Shown piece by piece: positions 35,101 through 47,100 of a DNA stretch of 64,000 bases; the first letter of the stretch is position 1; each line of letters starts with the position of its first letter. The stretch is taken from NCBI GenBank assembly GCA_002269645.1, contig NIVC01000269.1, forward strand, positions 310,001-374,000. The letters run 5' to 3'. Source of the DNA: Macrostomum lignano (taxonomy: Eukaryota). Both the position numbers and the translations under genes were made by a program. The notes below the pieces were generated by a model. That model was not told the DNA's origin, searched no databases, and saw only the letters and a list, made by a program, of their open reading frames with translations.

Positions 35101-38100
35101 CATAAAAATCCCAATCTTCAACACGTGGCATAAAAATCCCAATCTTCAACACGTGGCATAAAAATCCCAATCTTCAACACGTGGCATAAAAATCCCAATC
35201 TTCAGCACGTAGGATTAATAAAATCTTAATCTTCAACACAGGGATAAAAATCCCAATCTTCAAATGTGGACAAAAATCCAAATCTTCAACAGAGGATAAA
35301 AATCCCCACTATTGGGGAAAGAAATCCCAATTTGTATTAAAGATTATTATCTTGCTCATAAGCATACGGGATAAATATTTTGCAATCTACAATGATTGTA
35401 TTTCATTTTATCCAAATAATTAACCAATCAATCAATCAGAGTTCTCTCCAACTTTGACACCTCCAGGCGTCAGTTCCCGCTCTAGACGCTGTCTGGGTGC
35501 CAAACCAGCGTCTCATTGTGACGCTCGAGCCGCCATTCGGTCGCGAGTTCACCCTGTGCTCCGGGCCGCAACAGATTTGCCGTTTGGCTCTGTCGGACTT
35601 TGATCTACCCTTGGTTACTCAACAGCAGCCTCATCAGTCTACTCCATCAACTTTCTCAGCCTCCGGAGGTTCAACTGTTCCGTCTGGCAACAATTCAATG
35701 AGACGCCGCTTGCGCGACGCTTCGTTGAATGCGTTCAACGTGCAGCTAGGCGACTGCGGATCAGTTATTCGTCGCGTAACCCTGCCGCCAATGTCTGTGG
35801 GTCAGCTAGTCAGCAGGTGCCTTGATTCCTTCCAGCAGTTGTTACCAAAGGATGCCTACCTGAACTTGCTGCGGCGCTGGTACACGGCCAGCCACTCGCC
35901 CGGCTCGCGGGATGGCAATGCTATTAGCAATGAATGGCATCGATTTGATGAGGTGCTGCGCGAGTCGCTTGATTTAATTGGTACTGAAGATGCTACTGTT
36001 AGTAATAGTGGCTGCCAATTACAGCAGCAATCGGCAACAACTGATGATGAAGATTCAGCTAAACGGCCTCGTCAGAGTTCTGGCGATGCCGATTGGTACA
36101 AATTGATTGAGCAGTCTGGCGGCGACCGGTTTGATGATTTGTTCAAATTGGCCGGCGTGAAAGGACACTTCAAAGGTGCCGACTCGTCTGCGCAGGTAAA
36201 GTACTCGATGTCATTGCGGCTAATTGAACTACTGTGGCTTGTGTCCACATTTTTTAAAAGGTTTAAATGAAATGGCGCCTCCCCTAAATGAAATGGCGCC
36301 TCCCCCAAATAAAATGGCGCCTCCCCCAAATGAAATGGCGCCTCCCCCAAATAAAATGGCGCCTCCCCCAAATGAAATGGGCCCCTCCCCCCTCCAAATG
36401 AATAAATTGAATAAATGGCGCCCCCTTCAAATAAAATGACGCCCCCTTAAATGAAATGGCGCATCTCAAATAAAATGGCGCCCCCTCAAATGAAATGGCG
36501 CCCCCCTCTAATGACATGGTGCCACCCTCAAATGAAATGGCGCCCCCTTCAAATGACATGGCGCCCCTACAATAAAATGGCGCCCCTCAAATGTAATGCC
36601 CCCCTAGCTACCTCTTCCTGGTCACCATCTCATAATAATTTTCTGTTGCACCTCGCAGCAAGCGGCTGACCGATCAAATCGAGCTCGCCCAGCCTCGGCA
36701 GCCGCCTATCTGAGACGCCACTCGCTTCGAGCCCTGCTGGCGCTTCACTCTGTATACGAGGCTGAGAAACTGTCAGCCCCGGCTTGGCCCAGTTTGCCTC
36801 CGCTGGCTCGACTGTTGGCAACGCTATCGGCTAGACTAGGGCTGGACGGGTGAGACTGAGATTTTTATCCCCTGGTGATTTGGGGATTTTTATCCCCTGG
36901 AGATTTGGGGGGGGGGTTTATCCCCTGAAGAGTTAGGGATTTTTATCCCCCGTAGATTTTGGAGTTTTATCCCCTGAAGAGTTAGGGATTTTTATCCCCT
37001 GTAGATTTGGAGATTTTTATCCCCTGGGGATTTGGGGATTTTTATCCCCTGGGGATTTGGGGATTTTTAACCCCTGTAGATTTAGGGGGGGGTTATACCC
37101 TGAAGAGTTTGAGATTTTTTCCCCTGTAGATTTTGGAGTTTTATCCCCTGTAGATTTGCGGGTTTATCCCCTGGAGATTTGGGGATTTTATCCCTTGTAC
37201 ATTTGGGGATTTTTATCCCCTGGGGATTTGGGGATTTTTATCCCCTGTAGATTTGCGGGTTTATCCCCTGGAGATTTGGGGATTTTATCCCTTGTACATT
37301 TGGGGATTTTTATCCCCTGGAAATTTAGGGTTTTTTTATCCCATGTAGCTTTGGTGGGTTTTATTACCTGTAGCTTCTTGGATTTTTATCCCCTGGAGAT
37401 ATACTGGTTTTTATTCCCTGTGGATTTGCGGGTTATTATCCCCTGGAGTTTTTTCGATTTTTTTCCCTTGAGGATCTGAAGGTTTTTATCCCCTTAAGAT
37501 TTAAAAAAAAATAGGTTCTCTTTTTTGAAAATCAATACATGGTTTTCGTACTGTTCCAGTAATGGAATTTTTATTGCTCCATAAATATAGGCATTTAAAA
37601 AAATCTATCCACTACTAAAGATCAGTAGCCTAACCCCAACAATAAGCCTTCAAATCCCACTATCCGGCTCTCCAAAGATACGTGGCCCATTACGCTAGCG
37701 ACTTCCCCGAAGCGGCAGCCGCCGCCTCTGCAATGTCACCGGCGCCAGACGCTTCAACACTGACTTCGACATCGTCAGTTGGCGACACCGACCGGCACAG
37801 CTCCAGCCTGTCAAACATGCCAACCAGTCCGCCTTATTCAATATTCGCCGAACTACTCAACAAACTAAACAGAGCTCTACCGAGCGGTAGAAATCCTGCC
37901 TTGACAAGACAATTTCCTCGAATTGATGGCATTACGGACACGTGTCACCTGATGCTAGACTGTCTGGACGAGCTTCTGCTGCAGGGGCACGAGAATGAGA
38001 CTGGCCGATTTGTTAGACTGGTTGAATTGCTGCGAAATCGGGGATTTCAGACTGATGCTCTGGCTAGATTGCCGTTCGGTAAGGGCTTTGTGCGAATTTG

Positions 38101-41100
38101 CTGGGAACTGAGAGAAACAGGATTGACGGTGGGATATGGGTGAAATTGTCGGGGAGATATGGGTGAAATTTGATAGGGAGATATGGATAAGATTGATAGA
38201 GAGATATGCGTGAGATTGATAGGGAGATATTGGTGAGATTGATAGGCAGGGAGATATAGATGAGACTGATAGGGAAATATTAGTGAGATGGTCAGGGAGA
38301 TATGGGTGAGATTGATAGGCATGGAGATATGGGTGAGATTGATAGGCATGGAGATATGGGTGAGATTGATAGGCATGGAGATATGGGTGAGATTGATAGG
38401 CAATGAGATTTGGGTGAGATTGATAGGCATGGAGATATGGGTGAGATTGATAGGCATGGAGATATGGGTGAGATTGATAGGCAATGAGATTTGGGTGAGA
38501 TTGATAGGGAGATATGGGTGAGATTGATATTCAAGGAGATATGGATGAGATTGATAGGGAGATATGGGTGAGATTGATATTCAAGGAGATATGAATGAGA
38601 TTGATAGGGAGATATAGGTGAGATTGATATTCAAGGAGATATGGATGAGATTGATAGGGAGATATGGGTGAGATTGATATTCAAGGAGATATATGTGAGA
38701 TTGATAGGGAGATATGGGTGAGATTGATATTCAAGGAGATATGGATGAGATTGATAGGGAGATATGGGTGAGATTGATATTCAAGGAGATATATGTGAGA
38801 TTGATAGGCAAGGAGATATGGGTGAGATTGATAGGCAAGGAAATATGGGTGAGATTGATAGGAGGATATGGGTGAGATTGATAGGAGGATATGGGTGAGA
38901 TTGATAGGAGGATATGGGTGAGATTGATAGTAGGATATGGGTGAGATTGATAGGAGGATATGGGTGAGATTGATAGGGAGCTAGGAGTGAGATTGATAAG
39001 AAGATTATTATAAATGTTCATAAATATTTTCAGGCGTTGCCCTACCGCTACTAGAAGCCCTGGATCGCTGTCGCCAAGGCTGCCCGCCGGCCACTCTGGC
39101 CTCAGACGCGGCCGCTTGCGAGTTACTCGGTCGGAAGGATCTGTCCGAACAATTGGCCAGGATTAAAAGCGCCTCTGCTGCTCCGCTATCCGCCGCCGAC
39201 AATTGGGATATTGTTGGCGAACGAGAATTTCATCTTCGTCAGCGCGGCGTTGCACGAGGCGGATTCGACGCTATTAGTGTCGGCGAGGCGTCGGCTGGCG
39301 CAGCTTCCGGTGGTGGCGGTTCCACTGGCGGTGGCGGCACTTCTATCACCGCCATTCAGGTAATTTTAAGTCTAGGTTTTTTTAAGAAAAAATATGAATT
39401 TCGCTTTTCACGTCCCTGTTTTTACTACTTTTAATCAATTAGTAGTATAATTTGTATATTTTTTAAGGATGCAGCCGCCAGCGTTGAATCTGTGTCGCAG
39501 GGTTGGCAAGCCAAATACGCGGTGCTGCAACTACTTGAGCGGCATCCGGTAGTTGAACGCCTATTCCCGGTAGATCTGCGAATTCGCGAGGCCTATCGAA
39601 TGTTGCAGACAGTTGATCGGGCCTATTTTGTATCTAGGGCGGCTTCGGGCGCCGATGCGCATCGCCTGTTAGAAGAGAATCAGGTGAGACTCGTTTTGAG
39701 TGAAAACCGATTGGATTTACATTCATTGCTAGCGCAGTGGGGTTGTTTCCTATGTACATTATCGATGTGCCATAAAAAGAATCACGTAAGGTTAAGAATC
39801 AGAAAATTTTGATGATTGATAGCTGGACTTTCGTCTATCTTTGCCCGCTTCTTCTGTTGCATAATTAATGAGTTGCGGGTTGAAAGTTACACCAGCTTGA
39901 CATAATTTCCTTTTAAAGAGGGGCTCCTTCACATCGACCTGCTATGCTACATATACTGTTTAATTGCATCGGGTTCGAGTTGGCTGAGTCCTACATGTAC
40001 TGTACAGAGTACAGACGAAGTTTTTATGACTTTTTATCAGTTGAAATTACGCTCGTAGTATTTGACTATAAGCACTGCACCAGATGGATGTACATTGGCG
40101 GAGTGGGGTTGGTGATTGGATGGATGTACATTGGCGGAGTGGGGTTGGTGCTCAGATGGATATACATTGGCGGAGTGAGGTTGGTGCTCGGATGGATGTA
40201 CATTGGCGGAGTGAGGTTGGTGCTCGGATGGATGTACATTGGCGGAGTGAGGTTGGTGCTCGGATGGATGTACACTGTCTAATTAGATCTGTTCGCGTAA
40301 CTGTACACCGCAGGCGCAACTAGCAGAGCTATGCAACCGCACCCTGATGCTGCCAGTGGGCATGGGCGCTCTCGGGCTGGCCATTCGAAGTCACCGTAGC
40401 TGGTCAGCCGCGTCTTTTCTGAGCGCTGGAGGCGGCGAAATCGTGCCGCCTTTGAACACAGCCGGTCAGTCCGACAATCAACGCAGCGTAACCCTTGACG
40501 CTGGCACGGTTTCGCGAGTCTGGGGCGAATTTCATAACGGAGTCGCCGCCGGTTTGACCTACGCGCCCGGCTTGAGCGGCTTGGACGAATCGTGGATTTG
40601 GTTCGCTTTGAGGGCGATTTCTCAGGCTAGGCAGTTGCCAATGCCTACTGAGGTGAGATTTGGGGGGTTTTAGATTTGTAAATTGGGTGTTGCCAATTGT
40701 GATGGACAAGAATTATTTCTTGTTGCTAGTTCTAAATTTGGGAAGGATTTCCGGGGATTAATTTCTTGTTGCTAGGGTCTAAATTAGGGGAAGATTTCTG
40801 GGAACTAATATCTTGTTGCTAGGGTCTATATTAGGGGAATATTTCTGGGAACTAATATCTTGTTGCTAGGGTCTAAATTAGGGGAAGATTTCTTGGGACT
40901 AATATCTTGTTGCTAGGGTCTAAATTAGGGGAAGATTTCTTGGGACTAATATCTTGTTGCTAGGGTCTAAATTAGGGGAAGATTTCTGGGGATTATTAGC
41001 TTGTTGCTAGGGTCTATATTAGGGGAAGATTTCTGGGGATTATTAGCTTGTTGCTAGGGTCTAAATTAGGGGAAGATTTCTGGGGATTATTAGCTTGTTG

Positions 41101-44100
41101 CTAGGGTCTATATTAGGGGAAGATTTCTGGGGATTATTAGCTTGTTGCTAGGGTCTTAATTAGAGGAAGATTTCTAGGGATTATTAGCTTGTGCTAGGGT
41201 CTAAATTAGAGGAAGATTTCTGGGGATTATTAGCTTGTGCTAGGGTCTAAATTAGAGGAAGATTTCTGGGGATTATTAGCTTGTTGCTAGGGTCTAAATT
41301 AGAGGAAGATTTCTGGGGATTATTAGCTTGTTGCTAGGGTCTAAATTAGGGGAAGATTTCTTGGGACTAATATCTTGTTGCTAGGGTCTAAATTAGGGGA
41401 AGATTTCTGGGGATTATTAGCTTGTTGCTAGGGTCTTAATTAGAGGAAGATTTCTAGGGATTATTAGCTTGTGCTAGGGTCTAAATTAGAGGAAGATTTC
41501 TGGGGATTATTAGCTTGTGCTAGGGTCTAAATTAGAGGAAGATTTCTGGGGATTATTAGCTTGTTGCTAGGGTCTAAATTAGAGGAAGATTTCTGGGGAT
41601 TATTAGCTTGTTGCTAGGGTCTAAATTAGGGGAAGATTTCTTGGGACTAATATCTTGTTGCTAGGGTCTAAATTAGGGGAAGATTTCTTGGGACTAATAT
41701 CTTGTTGCTAGGGTCTAAATTAGGGGAAGATTTCTGGGGATTATTAGCTTGTTGCTAGGGTCTTAATTAGAGGAAGATTTCTAGGGATTATTAGCTTGTG
41801 CTAGGGTCTAAATTAGAGGAAGATTTCTGGGGATTATTAGCTTGTGCTAGGGTCTAAATTAGAGGAAGATTTCTGGGGATTATTAGCTTGTTGCTAGGGT
41901 CTAAATTAGAGGAAGATTTCTTGGGACTAATATCTTGTTGCTAGGGTCTAAATTAGGGGAAGATTTCTTGGGACTAATATCTTGTTGCTAGGGTCTATAT
42001 TAGGGGAATATTTCTGGGAACTAATATCTTGTTGCTAGGGTCTAAATTAGGGGAAGATTTCTTGGGACTAATATCTTGTTGCTAGGGTCTAAATTAGGGG
42101 AAGATTTCTTGGGACTAATATCTTGTTGCTAGGGTCTAAATTAGGGGAAGATTTCTGGGGATTATTAGCTTGTTGCTAGGGTCTATATTAGGGGAAGATT
42201 TCTGGGGATTATTAGCTTGTTGCTAGGGTCTAAATTAGGGGAAGATTTCTGGGGATTATTAGCTTGTTGCTAGGGTCTATATTAGGGGAAGATTTCTGGG
42301 GATTATTAGCTTGTTGCTAGGGTCTTAATTAGAGGAAGATTTCTAGGGATTATTAGCTTGTGCTAGGGTCTAAATTAGAGGAAGATTTCTGGAGATTATT
42401 AGCTTGTGCTAGGGTCTAAATTAGAGGAAGATTTCTGGGGATTATTAGCTTGTTGCTAGGGTCTAAATTAGAGGAAGATTTCTGGGGATTATTAGCTTGT
42501 TGCTAGGGTCTAAATTAGGGGAAGATTTCTTGGGACTAATATCTTGTTGCTAGGGTCTAAATTAGGGGAAGATTTCTGGGGATTATTAGCTTGTTGCTAG
42601 GGTCTTAATTAGAGGAAGATTTCTAGGGATTATTAGCTTGTGCTAGGGTCTAAATTAGAGGAAGATTTCTGGGGATTATTAGCTTGTTGCTAGGGTCTAA
42701 ATTAGAGGAAGATTTCTGGGGATTATTAGCTTGTTGCTAGGGTCTAAATTAGAGGAAGATTTCTGGGGATTATTAGCTTGTTGCTAGGGTCTAAATTAGA
42801 GGAAGATTTCTGGGGATTATTAGCTTGTTGCTAGGGTCTAAATTAGAGGAAGATTTCTGGGGATTATTAGCTTGTTGCTAGGGTCTAAATTAGGGGAAGA
42901 TTTCTGGGGATTATTAGCTTGTTGCTAGGGTCTAAATTAGGGGAGGATTTGTGGTGACTAATATCTTGTTACTAGTTGCTAAATTGGAGAAAAATCTTTT
43001 GGATTACAACATCTTGTTGCAGGGGGCTAAATTAGGTAATAATTCTGAGAATTAATATCTTGTTGCCAAAATTTCTCGCAGAGCTTCAGCAGCGAACAGA
43101 GCGGGTTCCTACTAGGGTTGGGCATCAATGGTCATCTCCGCCAATTGGCCACCGAAAGAATTCGAGTTATGCTCAGCTACGGAGACGAGATGCTTACAGT
43201 TGCCACCCTGCTAGGCCTGGCAGCTTCCAGACGAGCGTCAATGGATGAGAGCTACTACAGAACTGCCGCTTTGCATGTCAACGCTTTGCTGCCGCCGTCT
43301 AGTGTCGATATGGAGTTGCCCAGGCTGATGCACTCGGCTGCGGTTGTGGGCCTTGGTCTGGTCTATCAGGTTCGAGTTCTCAATGCTTGCTTTCTTTTTT
43401 TAGTGTTCGCTTCCGTCACTTTTATTTTGTCTGCTTTTATCATCTTCACCTCCCTTCGAATCTCCTGTCGCTCCTTTCATCTTCCTTCTACTGATCCTTT
43501 CATATCCCTCCTGATGTTTTTATCTCTCCCTTCGTCTCCCTTCTGATGCTTTTATCTCTCCCTTCGTCTCCCTTCTGATGCTTTTATCTCTCCCTTCATC
43601 TCCCTTCTCCTAAACCTTCTGTCTCTCCCTTCATCTCCCTTCTCCTAAACCTTCTGTCTCTCCCTTCATCTCCCTTCTCTTGATCCTTCTGTCTCTCTCT
43701 TGATCTCTCTTTTCCTAAACCTTCTGTCTCTCTCTTGATCTCTCTTTTCCTAAACCTTCTGTCTCTCTCTTGATCTCTCTTTTCCTAAACCTTCTGTCTC
43801 TCTCTTGATCTCTCTTTTCCTAAACCTTCTGTCTCTCTCTTGATCTCTCTTTTCCTAAACCTTCTGTCTCTCTCTTGATCTCCCTCTCAGTAGTCTTAAA
43901 GCTTCTCAGTAAAAAAATCGGCAAAATATTCTCCAGATTCTCAATACAAAAGCAAACCTAATGAACCAATACAATTTTCAAGGGCTCGGGTCACAATCAC
44001 CTGGCCAGCGTGTTGCTAGCCGAAATCGGTCAACCGGCCGGTTTAGAGCCGCAAAACAATCAGTCGCGACAATTAGTGGCCACCTGTTCCGGATTAGCGC

Positions 44101-47100
44101 TAGGATTAATCTGCACTCAGCTGGGCAGCGGCGGCGACCCCGGCACAGCCGAGCTGCTGTGGGCCTACATGGTTGGCGGCAGGCGCAGGCTGCCAATGCC
44201 CGCTAGGGATCCCAGATCCACTGCCGGCGGCCCTGTCAATACCGGCTTGGGATTGGCCGGCCATCCGCCTTTGCCGCCGCATCAGCCGGGATCTGCTGGG
44301 GCCGGCGGCGGACCGCAGAACGACAATCAGTCTAATAACCAGCCTGGTAACGGCGCAGCTGCTGGAGCAAACGGCGAAGGCGGCGGCGGTCACAACAGTT
44401 CAGGTGAATAAAATAGGTGTTAGGGCTTGTTTATGCTTGGCTTAATCATCAAATCCACCGCCTGAATCTGCCTGTGACTCTGTCACTGTCACTGTGAATG
44501 TGAGGGACTCTGTGACTGTGACTCTGTCACTGTGAATGTGAGTGACTCTGTGACTGTGACTCTGTCACTGTGAATGTGAGTGACTCTGTGACTGTGACTC
44601 TGTCACTGTGAATGTGAGTGACTCTGTGACTGACTGTGACTCTGTCACTGTGAATGTGAGTGACTCTGTGACTGACTCTGTCACTGTGAATGTGAGTGAC
44701 TCTGTGACTGTGACTCTGTCACTGTGAATGTGAGTGACTCTGTGACTGTGACTCTGTCACTGTGAATGTGAGTGACTCTGACTGTGACTCTGACTGTGAC
44801 TCTGTCACTGTGAATGTGAGTGACTCTGACTGTGACTCTGTCACTGTGAATGTGAGTGACTCTGTGACTGACTGTGACTCTGTCACTGTGAATGTGAGTG
44901 ACTCTGACTGTGACTCTGTCACTGTGAATGTGAGTGACTCTGTGACTGACTGTGACTCTGTCACTGTGAATGTGAGTGACTCTGTGACTGACTCTGTCAC
45001 TGTGAATGTGAGTGACTTTGTGACTGTGACTCTGTCACTGTGAATGTGAGTGACTCTGTGACTGTGACTCTGTCACTGTGAATGTGAGTGACTCTGTGAC
45101 TGACTGTGACTCTGTCACTGTGAATGTGAGTGACTCTGTGACTGTGACTCTGTGACTGTGACTCTGTCACTGTGAATGTGAGTGACTCTGACTGTGACTC
45201 TGACTGTGACTCTGTCACTGTGAATGTGAGTGACTCTGTGACTGTGGCTCTGTCACTGTGAATGTGAGTGACTCTGTGACTGTGACTCTGTCACTGTGAA
45301 TGTGAGTGACTCTGTGACTGACTGTGACTCTGTCACTGTGAATGTGAGTGACTCTGTGACTGTGACTCTGTCACTGTGAATGTGAGTGACTCTGTGACTG
45401 ACTGTGACTCTGTCACTGTGAATGTGAGTGACTCTGTGACTGTGACTCTGTCACTGTGAATGTGAGTGACTCTGTGACTGACTGTGACTCTGTCACTGTG
45501 AATGTGAGTGACTCTGTGACTGACTCTGTCACTGTGAATGTGAGTGACTATGTGACTGTGACTCGGACTCTTCTGACTTTGAACCTGACTCTGACAGGCT
45601 ACTACGACGGTCTACTACTAGGTTACGAAGCCAGCCATCAAATCTACGAAGGCGACTCGTACAATGTTGAAGTGACCGCGCCTGGCGCCATCGGTGCCCT
45701 GGCTCTGATGTACATGGGCAGCGAAGACTCGGCCGTTAGCGCTTGGCTAGCTGTACCTGATACGCCGTATCATCTGGACTTTGTCCGGCCTGATCTGCTG
45801 CAGTTGCGCTGTCTGGCTAGAGGACTCGTTCTGTGGGATCAGCTGCTGCCGGACGAGAATTGGGTGCTGGATCAGGTGAGTTTTGTGCTTTTCCCTGTTG
45901 CTTTTCTTTCATACTGAATCTAATTCTCCAGACCCCCACTTTAGATGTCTCCTGATCCCGATTCTTAGATGTCTCCTGATCCCAATTTTAGATGTCTCCT
46001 GATCCCGATTCTTAGATGTCTCCTGATCCCAATTTTAGATGTCTCCTGATCCCGATTCTTAGATGTCTCCTGATCCCAATTTTAGATGTCTCCTGATCCC
46101 GATTCTTAGATGTCTCCTGATCTCGATTCTAGATGTCTCCTGATCCTGATTTTAGATGTCTCCTGATCCCGATTCTTAGATGTCTCCTCATCCCAATTCT
46201 AGCTGTCTCCTGATCCCGATTCTTAGATGTCTCCTGATCCCGATTCTTAGATGTCTCCTCATCCCAATTCTTAGATGTCTCCTGATCCCAATTCTTAGAT
46301 GTCTCCTGATCCCGATTCTTAAATGTCTCCTGATCCCGATTCTAGATGTCTCCTGATCCTGATTTTATATGTCTCCTGATCCCAATTCTTAGATGTCTCC
46401 TGATCCCGATTCTTAAATGTCTCCTGATCCCAATTCTAGATGTCTCCTGATCCCGATTTTAGATGTCTCCTGATCCCGATTCTTAAATGTCTCCTGATCC
46501 CAATTCTAGATGTCTCCTGATCCCAATTGTAGATGTCTCCTGATCCCAATTCTAGATGTCTCCTGATCCCGATCCTTATTCGAACCCAAACCTTCTGATC
46601 CCAATCTGCTTCCTTCAGGCTTTCTAGACCCTCAAATTGTCAATTTGAGAATTGTATCCCAATTCAAGGGGATCTTATTAATTTATCCTTACTAAATCGC
46701 CATCCAGATACCCAAGTTCATCAAAGCCGCCGCTGACGTTACCGATCCGACGTCCGCAACCGCCGCTGTCGACGCTTCACTAGTTGGACCGGCGGCCTCC
46801 GCCTGCGTTGACCCGGCGTTGGCTGACGCCGCTACCGCCGCCATCGACTGGGACCTCGCCGGGTCCAGCCTAGTAGCCGCCATCTCCGGCTACGGCCTCG
46901 CCATGGGCATCCGATTTGCCGGTACGCACAATGCTGCCGCTTTCGCCGCGTTGAAGCGCCTGCTAGCCCGGCTGGCAAGTTTGCCGCGCTGGATGTGCCG
47001 ACGCGACGTTGAGCAGGCCTCAGCCGTGCTGCTGGCCGCCACCGCCTGCCTCATGTCTGGCAGCGGCAATCTTTGGCTGATGCGTCAACTGCGCAGGAAG

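Noticed and set aside
44719-45570. Ser/Asp/Thr-rich ORFs (also 47114-47641 RDFPN, 38047-38534, 50838-51101, 29153-29443)
   Set aside because: All coincide with minisatellites; no homology or splice support.
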